Shown one piece after another: positions 40,796 to 54,034 of a stretch of DNA of 64,000 bases. The translations under genes and the position numbers were made by a program. Origin of the DNA: Octopus bimaculoides (Eukaryota); contig NC_068986.1 in the NCBI RefSeq assembly GCF_001194135.2, forward strand, positions 30,801,735-30,865,734, in the 5' to 3' direction. Position 1 is the stretch's first letter, and the number at the start of each line of letters is the position of its first letter. The notes under the pieces are model-generated. The model made no database searches. It saw only the letters and a list, made by a program, of their open reading frames with translations, and had not been told where the DNA came from.

Positions 40796-40994
40796 CTGTG
40801 TGGGGACCAGCTTGTCAAAAAGTCATAAAAAGCAACTAAAAGAGGTTTGCACTCTAACCTTGTAAAACCCTCACCAGCAATGACAACCCAATCAGAGCCA
40901 TGGGTTTTGGAGGGTTGTCACCTGAGTGGTGTAAAGGTGTCATCTGCCAGGAATAGGGATTCACCAACAAATGGTGGATGCAGCAATGCGCTGT

Positions 40995-41001
40995 TATACT
41001 A

Positions 41002-41039
<38 letters not shown>

Positions 41040-41057
41040 ACTACTACTACTACTGCT
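40995..41057 (+). repeat. Compound trinucleotide tract (TAC)n(TGC)n(TAC)n
   Basis: tactactac...tgctgctgc...tactactac directly visible. Confidence 0.9.
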
Positions 41058-41117
41058 GACACAAAAGGATGAAAGAATTGTTCTTAAACCAAGAAGTTTT
41101 TTATTGTATTTTCTCAT

Positions 41118-41339
41118 TACTCTTTTTTTTACTCTTTTACTTGTTTCAGTCATTTGACTGTGGCCATGCTGGAGCACCGCCTTTAGTTGAGCAAATCAAC
41201 CCCAGGACTTATTCTTTGTAAGCCTACTACTTATTCTATTGGTCTCTTGCCGAACTGCTAAGTTATGGGGGTGTAAACACACCACCATCGGTTGTCAAGC
41301 AATGTTGGGGGGACAAACACAGACACACAAACATATAGA

Positions 41340-41433
<94 letters not shown>

Positions 41434-41592
41434 CGACAGGCTTCTTTCAGTTTCTGTCTATCAAATCCACTCATAAGGCTTTGGTCGACCCGAGGCTATA
41501 GTAGAAGACACTTGCCCAAGGTGCCACGCAGTGGGAATGAACCCGGAACCATGTGGTTTGTAAGCAAGCTACTTACCACACAGCCACTCCTA
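41118..41592 (-). mobile_element. Full-length family A SINE with long internal (CA)n
   Basis: Plus strand actcttttacttgtttcagtcatttgactgtggccatgctggagcaccgcc ... cacgcagtgggaatgaacccggaaccatgtgg...ccacacagccactcct. Confidence 0.9.
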
Positions 41593-42465
41593 TTTAAAAA
41601 ATTTTAATTTAGAACTTTGTGATGGGAGTTTTAAAAGTTATCAATGATTCTGTGAAATGGTTGGTGATATGAGATATTTACTGAAACTTGCTCAATATAG
41701 TTGCTTTCCCTGCTAGAAATAGTAGTCAAATCTCCTTTAAATCATATTCTACAATTTTACTGCAAGGATACATTGGACAATATAAGTCTGGATGTACAAA
41801 AAAATGAGGTTTTCAAAGCAGGAATGCTTTTGATCATAAGTTCTGCTTGTTAAGTCTGTACTGAGGTTATAAAAACAAATTTGTGACAGGAGTCTGCTAC
41901 ACAACTTCATTTTCACACACTAGCTAGTTAGAAATACCATTCTGTATTGATAGATGAATGAAGATGGAGTTAATAAAAAATATATGAATTGGTTCTGGTG
42001 TCTGGCAGTAAATAATGAACTGGAAAAGAACGTTGAGTAAATATGAATTTGATGTTTAATTTAATTGAGCATGAATGAAATAGCCAGCCAAACATCATTG
42101 TTGGCAGGGGTTGGGGTGATGCCTTCAACAGATGCTTATATGGTAATTGGTATTAACCCTTGAAACAACTATTACCCCTGTAATTCTTTACAGAACATCC
42201 TACAAAATATTCTGTAGAGTAAAACTGGTTCTAGTTTTGATAATTTGAGGAGTAAAATTATAAGCCTCATTGTTGTTAGGTTGTTATTGTTTAGCTCGAA
42301 AACAGGGTTGACTGAGCAGACTTATGATCAAAGACATGCTGGCCATGACCATCCTGTCATTTTCTTAGGCATTGCATAAATGTGTCTGTTTCTTTTCAAG
42401 TTGGTAGGGTGTCATTTTAGAAAGATTTGGCTGTTATTTCTAGCAATTCAATTGATCATGTAAAA

Positions 42466-42793
42466 CAGTGGTTCTCAACTGTGGTCCATATAAGACTTTT
42501 GGGGGTCCTCACAACAAAATAATAAATTAGGGATCCACAATAGTATTTTAAGGGCCCCTGAAAAAATTTCGATTTAGATGTATGTATTGGTATTTATTGC
42601 AAGAAACAGCTAGGTTTCTTTCTCTAACATTTTACATAGTTTAACTTACACAAGTTTGTGTGAATAACAAAATAGGAATTTTGAAAGAAGTTTCTATAAA
42701 ACCAATTTTTCAACATCAAATGGCTATTGGGGCATACCAGAATAAAATAGTAATCAAAGGGATCCATAGATAAAAAATGGTTGAGAACTCGTG
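42466..42793. mobile_element. hAT (Charlie-like) MITE nested in a family D repeat
   Basis: TIRs cagtggttctcaac and gttgagaactcgtg; 8-bp flanks atgtaaaa / atgtgaag match 6 of 8. Confidence 0.75.
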
Positions 42794-43506
42794 ATGTGAA
42801 GGCTCTCATTTGCTCATCATGTGTGTAAATAAATAGTAATAAGTCTCATAAATCCAAAATACTGTTGGGACTATGGAAAAGTAGGACAAGTTGTCCTCAG
42901 AGCTGAGTCCTCATCTAAAATTAAATATTGTGATATACCAAAAATGTATGACTAAATATTATAGATCAGATGTTTCATATTGAAGTGGACTGGACCTCTT
43001 CCTGGTAACTATTTTACAAGTGTGTGAATTGGCCTTCAAAGTTGCAGCACTTTTCCTACAAACAATGCAACTATGATAGGAGACGAACTCCTATAATAGT
43101 AGTCCAACACCCAATTGCCTTGGTCAGTTGAAAAAAAATATAAAATAACTGTTTTTTGAATACACTCTAAACACTGCTAATCATTTGTTGTTTTGCCAGG
43201 GTGATGCCATTCAGTACTTTCATTGATTCTGTTGACTTTAAAGAGCATTAACTAATTCTATTTCCAAAATTTTGGCATCTTTTGTTGTTTCCTTATCAGG
43301 TACCTTTAAAATTAGTTTCAAGCACATTTTCCCTCTTTTTAGATAAGAAAATAGCACCAACTTGTCTTTTAAGTCTGTAATCCTTTATTAAAGCTATGAA
43401 TCTTAAACTGAACTGGCTATAGAAAGTAAACAATTTTTTTGTTGTCTCATGTTAAAAATTCCTAAAATTTAATTTCTTCCTGCTATCTTACTACTCAGAG
43501 TTGTTG

Positions 43507-43538
<32 letters not shown>

Positions 43539-44184
43539 GTCTTTTAAAGAATCTAAACAACCCCTTTTCAAGTAGCGAAATGTTCTAAAGATTGAATAAA
43601 ATATAAACATTTTTGAAGATATGGAGGGAAGGTTTTTTTTAAAAAATTATTTCAAGATTGATAGTTATTTTTAAAAATCTTTATTAAATTTCCTAAATTA
43701 ATGTGCAATAAGTTTATCTTTATTGGAAGAACTGTGGAAAATAATTTCTAAAATATAGATGTTTTAATCATGGTATGTTGTGTAAGCTATGTGACATAGC
43801 AGTAAATTCAAAGCAAAATCAGAGTTCTATTAAACTTTACTAAACATCTTTGTGAAAAGCATGAGAATAGGAGAATGTCTATGTGGAGAATAGGAAATTA
43901 TCATGATTTCCTATCCTCCTTCCTTTAAAACCTTAAGATTTCATACTAATTAAGAAATTGCTATTCTCATCATTAGCTCTCATGTGTTGTGAATTATTAC
44001 CCAACTCTAGGCAGCATTATGTTTCTGTCCAAGATACTTTAATCATAGTAACATCAATTTTACTAAGCATTCTTGTTCCCTCCATATTTCTGGTCAGTGA
44101 AGTGTAATGATCTCCATCAGTCATCTTAAAAACCTCTGTTTGTAATATGTGACATATATTGATGTCTGTGAGGAATTCTTTATA

Positions 44185-44342
44185 GTGTGGCTGTGTGGTA
44201 AGAAGTTTGTTTCCCAGCTGCGTGATTTTAGTTTTAGTCCCAGCTGTGTGGCATGCTGGGCAAGTATTTTCTCCTATAGTCTCAGGCCAACCAAGGTTTT
44301 TTTGAATAGACTTAGTAGGCAAAAACTGAAAGAAGCCCATTT

Positions 44343-44430
<88 letters not shown>

Positions 44431-44669
44431 CCTCTTTGCCTTGACATTGCTTGATAGTTGTAAATGAGTGTCGCTGTCATGCAAGCAGTGTCTTTCATTT
44501 CCAATCTTCCATTGAAACATGTCTGGTCGTTAGGAAATATTACCTTATTTGGAAATAGATGAGGTTTGGTGATAGGAAGGGTATCCACCTGTAGAAAAAT
44601 TCTCCTCAGCTAATTCTGAACAACCCATGCGAGGATGGAAAAGTGGACATTAAAGCAACAATGATAATG
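44185..44669 (+). mobile_element. Family A-head SINE with RTE-derived tail
   Basis: Head gtgtggctgtgtggtaagaagtttg, then (TG)n, then a unique segment, then aggaagggtatccacctgtagaaa...caacccatgcgaggatggaaaagtggacattaaa. Confidence 0.85.
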
Positions 44670-46428
44670 GAACATGATAGGTTAAAATTGACCTTACCCA
44701 CTTCAGGAATCTTTACAACAGCATTTGTCTGTTGGCAAGAATAGGTTTCAAGGATGAATTAAGAAACCCTTTGGGAACAGATTGGGATGACATTTGAGTG
44801 TTGTTGCTGCTGTTTGTAATAAGTCTAATTATTCTCTATGATGTCTGGTGGAAATATCTTAAATAAGCAAATTGTCTTGTTTCTGGTAAAATGTCAGCTG
44901 CAGAGAAAATGATTTTCTTCAGAAAAATACTATAACTGGAAAACAATTATTCCTTTTCTTGTTTTTAACTAAAATATAATTTTGACTTTGTTATTTGATA
45001 CTGGCACTACTGGAATATAGTTCTAACAAGAATTATGCAACAGCTCTATATAATGGTTTCAAATTTTGGTACAAGGCCAGCAATTTCGGGGGATGGGATT
45101 AGTTGATTACTTTGGCCCCATTATTCAACTGGTACTTATTTTATCGATCTCAAATAGATGAAAAACAAAGTTCAGCTTGACAGAATTTAAACTCAGAACA
45201 AAGATGGACGAAATGCCTCTATTTTAAAGTTTCGACTGTAAATGATAACTCTTGGTAAGCTAGTAAGCCAGTTATTTACTTGGGTTTTTTTCTTTAATGA
45301 TTTAATAGGTTTCCTTTGGAGTTATTGCATATTACGTTAAGTATTTTTTAAACTTGTGATTATCATGCTTTTGGAATCGGTTTATAGGTAGATATCTAAT
45401 GCTGTTTATTTAACTTGCTTCGTTAAGAATTAATCGTGTGTAATTATTATTTGGCATTTTAAATGGCTCATCACTTCTTTTCGGTAAGGCAACTTATGCT
45501 GTTATTTTGATCAAATTATAGCATAATTATTAATGTATGGTAAACACCTCAGGAGCCAATTGTCTGAGATGGAATTATTTTTTATAGCTTTTAGGCTTCA
45601 TGAAACAATCTATGCTACAAGTTTTATTTATTTATTCATTATTAAAGAAAACAACCTTGCAGAATTTAGATGATTACTGCTCTTGTTTCATTGTCATTTT
45701 ATTCCTGTTTTCCATGCTGGCATGGGTTGGACAGGTCACCGCAGTCAAAGCCAGTTTTTATTCAACATTAGTGTCTTCATGCATAAGACTACCACATCTT
45801 GTGTGTGTGTTTTTAATGGTTTCTATGGATGGATGCTCTTCCTAACACACTTATTTATTCCCAAATTATCACTGGTTTTAATTGTTGGTTTCGTTGTCTA
45901 TTAAAATTGCAATTATCAAGAAATTCAGAATTAGTGTGTTTTGTACTTATGGAATTTCTGAATCATTGGAAGTATTCAGAACCAAAATTGTGCTTAATTA
46001 GTTAAATGACAGTGCGCAATTTACGAGGTCTTTATTTTTAATGCTTTTTTCCTACCAGATGAAGGTATTTCAGAACAAAGCTGATTTTGCTTTTTGACTT
46101 CTTGTATTAACTAAATTGCAAACATTGCTTTAATTAAACCTATTTTCTGAAATTAAAGCAGAAAAAAATACTTCACTTTAAATTATAGATTTCAATAAAT
46201 TAAGATTTTATTTTATTCTAGTTTTGAAATTTCCTGAAGCAAGGTTATACAATTACTAAATTAATAAAACATTTCTTTGCCTGTTATAGAGTAGGCCACT
46301 GAGTGTTCAAACATGTAGTTACTCACCTTTACCTCAGTACAAGTTCTGCATTTTGCTCAATTTGTATTGAGCAGATTAATTTTGTAGGTAGTTTGTCCTG
46401 ATATAACTTAGCAGTTCAGAGTCTGTGA

Positions 46429-46916
46429 ATCATCATCATTTAATGTCCGTTTTCCATGCTGGCATGGGTTGGATGGTTTGACTGAGGACTGGCTGCACCA
46501 GGCTCCAAGCCAGTTGGCTGCACCAGGCTCCAAGCCAGTTGGCTGCACCAGGCTCCAATCTGATCTGGCAAGGTTTCTACAGCTGGATACCCTTCCTAAT
46601 TCCAACCACTCTGAGTGTAGTGAGTGCTTTTAATGTGCCACCGGCACAAGAGCCAGTCAGCCAGCACTGGCATTGATGACGTTCGGATGGTGCTTTTTAT
46701 GTGCCACCAGCACAGGAGTCAGCTGAGGGCACTGGCATTGACCATGTTTTGATGGTGCTTTTTACATTCCACCGGCATGGGGAGCCAGTCAGGCGGCACT
46801 GGCACTGACCCACACTTGAATGATGCTTATTACGTGCCACCAGTACTGGTATTGGCTACGACTACGATTTTAATTTTGATTTTACTTGACTCAATAGGTC
46901 TTCTCAAGCACAGCAT
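46429..46916 (-). mobile_element. Long RTE 3' UTR fragment with an internal 25-bp tandem expansion
   Basis: acttgactcaataggtcttctcaagcacagcat (~46884-46916) is the reverse complement of the UTR at ~22856-22888; (ATC)n tail at 46429. Confidence 0.85.
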
Positions 46917-46997
46917 ATCACTTGACGGTTCAAGGGTACCATTTGTAAATAGTATTGTAATGAGATATTTCATTGATCTAGGTTTACAGAATATCAC

Positions 46998-47064
<67 letters not shown>

Positions 47065-49664
47065 CAGGTTAAACACTCAAGTAAGTCTCTTCCAAGACTT
47101 GAGAACCATTCTATAGATGAAAGAAACCGATATAAATCACTATGTTTACTTAATTGGGTTTCTTTCAAATATGGATTAGCATGGTCATGGAAGATATATA
47201 ATTTGAGTTTCAGAATGTAGCAGAGAGATAAAAGAGAAACTAGTTTCTATTTGCTATTTTATATAGTTACATTAGTTATGTATCTTTTGTTATCTGTATG
47301 ATACATTGTGTGTAATCGACTCGTAACTTTAAAGTGAGTCTTTCCAGGAAATTTACATGAATGAAATTGTTACCCAATTTAATTGGGTATCCTTCATCTG
47401 TTCCTTTTTAACCCTTTGAAGTCTACTTGGAAATGTTTTTGATTAGCTGCAGGTCAGCCTAACAGAGGTGAGCAGTGATCAAAGACACTCCATCCATGAC
47501 TTTCTCATATTTCTTCTATAGCGTATTTAGAATTACAATATATGATATATACTTCCTTTTTTTTAAAATGATAGGATGTAATTTCATGGGGATTCTAGAC
47601 AAGTAGCTGAAAGGAGTTTCTTTTGTTAACTTAACATTAAGTTTATACAGATGGTAGAAGGCTATATTGAATGATTTGTTCACTTTTTGTTTCTTAATTT
47701 TTACTTTATGACTCAGAGTCCATAACCTATTTTATCAAACATCAACTCTATCCTATGTATTACATAAAAAGAGCTTTGTTTGTAGAGCAGGCTTTTTTTT
47801 CATTTACACTTCAATAAGCAACAGCGCCACATAGGACTTGCATTCCTTTGAGGACTGATAAAATACCCAGTTCTGATAAAACTAATATTTTCATAAAATT
47901 GTTTGAAAAACCTGGTGAATCAGAACCCCCTTTTCCATGCTGGCAGGGATTGGACAGATCTTACAGTATCTTATTGCTCATCACAGTCCTTTGTCATCTA
48001 CCACACATGGAAAGAGAAAACTGCACATCTTTGTTGCACTTGAGCAGTTGTCTGCAACTGAGTCAAAGAGTCTCTTCTACGCTTTGTTTGTGTCTTCCTT
48101 CTTGGCACAGTTTTTTTTACAGCATGGGCCAAGTACATTTTATCATACTACTGCCACTAAAGAGGTTGTCTCCTACAAGGTTAAAATGTCTTCCTTATCC
48201 TTCATTGCCTTTAAAAAAAAAAACATGAATACAAATGTAGTCCTAGAAATGGTTTGTGCCAGTAATAATTAGCCATCCCTCTGCACTGTAGTGGAACTTA
48301 GTTTTTGGACCCATGTTCTTTGTCTGAGAATGAGGAAGAGAGAGACACTGTTAGTGTAAAATCAAAGAGCAAATACTTGGAATGTTAGATTTATAAATCA
48401 TCATCGTTATCATATGTTTGCTTTCCATGCTGTCATGGATTGGGCTGGTCATTTCTGTTCTCCATTATGGGCCAAGATTCATTTCTGGTCTAGTTTCTAT
48501 GGCTAGATGCCTTTTCTAGTATTAATCTCTTTACAGAGTGCACTGGGTGTATTTTTTTGTGGCACCATTGTAATGAAGGTTGTTAGGTTCTTAAACAAGA
48601 CCAAAGGGTTTTCACATCCCTCAGCAGAGTAAAGTGGGTATCTTTTATTGTGGCACCAATACTAAAGAGATTAGGGATGAGAGAATGATGGATAGCAAGA
48701 GGTGGATTTATAGTGTGAGTGAGTGATGGATGTTAATACCAAATGGCCAGTGGGAATATAGCTAGAGTACATGAGGTACATGCAGTTCTGGTGTGGACAC
48801 TTAAGTATATACCTCAAAATCAAGAGTTAGGATAATGAGGATGAGAGAGAGAGACGAGCAGATTGTAGGTGAAAGAGAAGGGTGATGTTGGAGATGTCAC
48901 ACAATCAAAATCTCCCCTCAAAATTTTCTGGCCCTGTACCAAAATTTGAAATCATTGTTGTTGTTGTTCTTCTTCTAACAGAATCTAGTTATGGTTGCCT
49001 ACTAATATTAATAATATATGGTACCAATTAATATATGGCATCTCATGCATGGTATTGGCTGCTGTGAATCCGATATTAAATCCTATACTGATAAGCAAGG
49101 GGAAAAACTGGAGTGCTGTCAAGCTTATATCATTCTGAAGCTTTTTGAGCAATATAAGTGATGAGAAATGGCCCTCAACTGGGAATTGAAACTAGATTGT
49201 ATATTCAACTCGCCAAGATTTTACCTCTTGATCTGCTCTGCTTGCCACAGCTGATGTATATTAACGAGACAGAGTTTAGTTTTAATGTATTTTTAAGCTG
49301 GTAGACATATGCGGTTCGTTTTATTTTGTCTCACTTTTCTTTAAAGCAATTTTCACTTATCTTTTTTATTTGCAAATGTAAACTTTTTTTGTATTGGACT
49401 GGAAGAATGTATTAAGTCCTTAGTATAGTAGAAGTCCTTCATCAGATTTCAGATTCCTATTTTATCTTTTAGCTGCTAATGTGGAGTAAAAAAAATAAAA
49501 CTACGCAAAAAATAAAAACCCCAACTAAATATGAGGTGTTTTACAAACTCTCATTCTGTCCTTTCCCCTTCAGTTTTTGTGACAAAAGTATGTTTGTATG
49601 TCACAGGTCAAGATGTGAGCAGTTATGTAGGAAGTTGTTTGAAAAGCACTCTCTCTTTCTTTGC

Positions 49665-49702
<38 letters not shown>

Positions 49703-49829
49703 CAAGATTAGAATAATAAGATATAAACATTACTGTTCTAATTTCCATTGTATATATGGTAAGAAAATTGTGGAAAAGTAAAAATTGAAAACATATTTTG
49801 GTAACACGTCTCAGTAATATCCATATTTA

Positions 49830-50290
49830 GTTAAGGTTTGAATGGACTGGTGGATACACACTTACATGTAGTTTGGTTTAAATGTTTTTGTGTTGGTTTG
49901 ATCTTTTTTTTTTCTTTTCTAAAGTGGAGGCGTTGGTGGGAGAAGGCTAATTGGATGAGGTGACTACTGAGTTTGAACTGATGCAATGTTGTGATTGGTG
50001 GGAAAATGAGGATGTGAATGGATGTCATAAAAGGGTAGCTTATGGGAAAAGGGAATTGGGGGGAACTGTGTAATATGGTGGTGTGGATTTTAAACAGAAA
50101 ATTAGTAGAGATGTGTGGAAGAGAAAAGGCAAAATGTATTAAGTGAAGTCTTGGTGGTAGTGATGGGGGTATAGCGTAAAAAAAAAATGCTGCAGAGATT
50201 GTTGTAGTAGCAGAGAGAGAGAGAGAGAGAGAGATTATTTGGTGGTGGTTGAAATGCTATTAGTGATTTGTGGTAAGATATCAATCAGCT
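49830..50290 (-). mobile_element. Possible decayed CR1/L2-group 3' segment
   Basis: Strong G/T skew on the + strand. Minus strand gives YYNNLCS and FSSTHLY, resembling YYxGxCS and SSxHxY near the C-terminus of such RTs. Confidence 0.3.
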
Positions 50291-50358
50291 TTATAATGCA
50301 TCTTTTTTTTTTTTAATGAAGTTAAAAAGTGATCTCCCTTAGTGGGACTTGGGACTGA

Positions 50359-50583
50359 TTAACCCTTTACAATTCAGTTTACTCTGTCAAATGTAATGCT
50401 TATTTATTCACATTGTTTTGAATTAATCTCGCATTATCTAATAGTGTTGAGATTTCAATGACGTGATTAATTTTTAGCATGACGTTGTAGGCCAGGTGTG
50501 AGAAGCTGGATTTTGCTAGTTTGAACATAAAACTGTTCAAAAACTTTGACCAGATATAGCCTGTTCAACTGCTAAAGTGTTAA
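50359..50583 (-). mobile_element. piggyBac-like MITE copy
   Basis: ttaa-ccctttacaattcag ... ctgctaaagtg-ttaa; internal sequence is the reverse complement of 29253-29466. Confidence 0.75.
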
Positions 50584-51632
50584 AGAGGAATTACAAATGA
50601 AGGTGTTCCTAAAGAGGCATTAGATTTATTGGTACTCCTTTCAAGTCTTCTGCAGAGAATGTGACTAGCTGAGTTCAATAATGAATAGCAAAGATTGTTG
50701 GGTTTATCCTGTTACTGGCATTAAGTTGTATCTGTGATTCAAATAGCTGAAAGTAGGTATTGAAGGCTAGAAATAGCTTGCTGTTGTTGTTTGTTAGTGC
50801 TGGATTCCACTGGTTTCTTCTGGAGGTAAATAGGACTGGTCCTTCATTTATAAATTTCTTTCATTATGAAATCTCAAGTAATTGTTTAAATCAGCTGACA
50901 ATGAGTGGATTAATGCAAGAATATTGAGGTGGAGGGGATGAAATGAACTAAAAATGTTTGAGAATTACTGGTCCTGCAAGTTTTGGTAGTATTTATATAT
51001 TTCCCCACTTCTTACAATGTTTCAGATTTTTAGAGAAGAATAATGGGAAGTTGTGACTGTCATGCTTCTCCCCTATTAAGTATATTGAAACTTTCTGATA
51101 GACTTGGTTAACTGAGAACAGCAGTGTTCAACAACATTGGACTATAAAATGCTTTTTGCTTAGAAATGAAATTTTTTTTTTTTGCTTCGTTGTGTCTTGT
51201 TTATTACTGCTACTTATTTTAGAGACCCTGAAGGGATGACAGTGAAGGATGACTTATGTCACTAAAATAGAAATCAAAAACACTAAATAACAAAGCAAGA
51301 TTTTGTTTTCTACTAGCTTGAAATAATAAATACTTATTTCATAGTCAACAATCAATAATGATTAGGGAAAATAAGTCCTGTCTATTGCTGGCTGTAGTTT
51401 TGACTTGAGTCTTAAGAAAGGAACTAGAAGTTGCTTCACTGGGAATTGAGCTTGCTCCTATTGAATTTAGGTTGAAGAAGACACCAGGATTAAACTCATT
51501 AGTATTTGCTTCATTAGTGTTTCAATGTCTTGAAACTCTGCCTCCATATATTGTATAGGTGTTCGATAAAATAAATGCTAGTGTCTGGTTGCCTATATCA
51601 GTACTCGATAAACCGTACACATAGCCATTTTA

Positions 51633-51850
51633 TCTTCTTTACCGTTTTATTTGTTCTGGCTATTGGACTGCAGCTATGCTGGGGCACCAACTTAAAGGGT
51701 TTATTCAAATTGACCCTAATATTCTATTGTTTTTAAAGTCTGGTATTTATTCTGTTGGTCTCCTTTGTCAAACTGCTAAGTTACAAGAACATAAAAACAA
51801 ACCAGCACTGGTTGTCAAATGGTGGTGGGCAGGAGTTCACCCCCACCTGC

Positions 51851-51903
<53 letters not shown>

Positions 51904-52025
51904 TTTTCCATACAATTTCTGTCTACCAAATTCACTCACAAAGCTTTGGTTGACTTGGGGTCATAGTGGAAGACAGTTGCCCAATTCTATATGGTTGCAA
52001 AGGGATCTTCTTTACCACACAGCCA
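51633..52025 (-). mobile_element. Family A SINE (degenerate, internal (TA)n)
   Basis: ttggactgcagctatgctggggcacc...tttctgtctaccaaattcactcacaaagctttgg...taccacacagcc. Confidence 0.75.
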
Positions 52026-52314
52026 TATGGTTACCGATGAGATCATAACTTCATTGTATTGTACCCTGAGTAAAAGCTCTGAACAAAAATGGTCAACATC
52101 TGTTTCACAGTTGAATGGTTATCAACAACAGGGAAGACATTTAAGTGAGAAAGCAGTTGCTCCAGAAAATATATACTCTTGCTCAAATAAGTATTGTGAA
52201 GATAGGTTTAACCTTTTTGATATGGACTTGCTTGAGACTGCTACTGCTTCTAACATACAAAATCTGGTTTTAAGCATTGTGCTTAATGTCATATTTAGAT
52301 AGAAACATTTGACC

Positions 52315-52550
52315 GAAAAGGCGGCGAGCTGGCAGAAACGTTAGCACGCCAGGCGAAATGCTTAGCGGTATTTCGTCTGCTGCTACGTTCTGAGTTCAAA
52401 TTCTGCCGAGGTCGACTTTGCCTTTCATCCTTTCGGGGTCGATAAATTAAGTACCACTTATGCACTGGGGTCGATGTGATCGACTTAATCCCTTTGTCTG
52501 TCCTTGTTTGTCCCCTCTATGTTTAGCCCCTTATGGGCAATAAAGAAATA
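52315..52550 (+). mobile_element. Full-length family B SINE with TSD
   Basis: aaggcggcgagctggcagaaacgttagcacgccaggcgaaatgc...caataaagaaata. Direct repeat agaaacatttgacc (52301-52314) / agaaacatctgacc (52551-52564). Confidence 0.9.
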
Positions 52551-53838
52551 AGAAACATCTGACCTAATAATGCAAGAAACATCAGCCTAATAATGACAAA
52601 ATTAATTTATTTTACTAAGTCCTGATGAATTGTTGGTTATTTTCAGGATTAATTGAAACACATTGGCAAATATATTTTAATAGAAATATAGACCTTTTTT
52701 TTTTTTTTATTACAGCTTAAATAAAAGTTAGTAAAACATTGAGTTTAACTCCTCCTATCAAGTATGCTGAGTCAATAGCTCCAGCTAGAATAACATTTGA
52801 GATGTAAAAATAATTTTGAAATGACTATCAGGTGTATTTTTAAGAGATTATGCCATTGAAATGGTTGTCTTTGATAAATTATTTCACTCATTGACCCTCT
52901 CCTCCTGTCTAAAGTAAGTGTTTTCACACTAATGATGTCTAAACTGTATTAGAACCTTTGTAGCTAAGGACCACTTACATTACATTTAAAATGATGTTTG
53001 TCATGAGAAATATCTGAGCAGTATTTAATAGGTTATTTTTTTCTACTTCTAGTTTTAGTGGTTTCCTTTCAAATAAACAGCCGATTCTTTGGACTTTCAG
53101 GTTTTGCTGCCATTCTAATTTAGTTTATAACTATTTTCATGGTGGAACAAACTTTAACACTATGTTCATGTGTATGCATGTGGTTACTCCTTGTAATATC
53201 TGGTCATTGGATTTTCTATAGAAAATCTAATCATACATCCCCTTATGAAATGTTAAGATATTCTGTTGAGAGTTTGTAGTTTTTTACAATGTGTTTTATT
53301 TGGGGTAGTGGTGGGGTGGAGAGTTTATTCTTCTTTATTTAAAAAGAAAATTTTTCTCTTCAATATATCTAACTAGTATGACAACATTGTTTACAGTTTC
53401 CATTTTTATTCAGAAAGTAACGTTAATACCAGAAATGCCTTGTTTACCAACAGTCTTCACACACACATGCTCCACATCCCCACACGCCACACATGCACAG
53501 CACACAGAGAGTAAAGATCTCAAATCAGGATTCAAAAATTTGTTTTGAAATTTGTGAATGTGTATGATATGCAGTATAATTTACTATAATAAACCAGTTC
53601 TTGAGCATGAAAAGCATTGTTTGAAGTATTCAGGAGAGCAAGGACATGAAATGCAAATAAATGCTACATATCTCATGAGTTTGATAATGAAAAGAGTCAG
53701 TCAGTCAGGTAAAAAAAGGAAGGCAGGAAAACAAGAAATTGAATGAGATCAAGTGATGGCAAAATTCTTCCAAACAAGCTCTCAGTTCATAGGTTGTGAG
53801 TTAATTTTGCTCCAGGGTGATTGTATACATATAATATA

Positions 53839-54034
53839 TGAGTATATGCATATATATGTACATGTATGTACATACCTTCATCTACATGTACATATAGATG
53901 CATATCTGGGTACAGGACGTAGCAAAAAAAACCTGGACAAAATGATAAACAAGGTACGAAAAACACACAGGCCACATAGGGAACATATCTTTCATCAGCT
54001 GCCACCATTAAAACACTGGCATTTCGAAGAGTTA
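53839..54034 (-). repeat. Unclassified ~200-bp interspersed repeat (family E), possibly derived from a Penelope-like element
   Basis: Colinear with 62561-62756; flanked by direct repeat attgtatacata at 53820-53831 and 54039-54050. Strand and class are inferred. Confidence 0.6.

Noticed and set aside
53960-54034. Functional hammerhead ribozyme in family E copies
   Set aside because: Core boxes are present, but no valid stem I/NUH cleavage site could be folded; kept only as a relic hypothesis.
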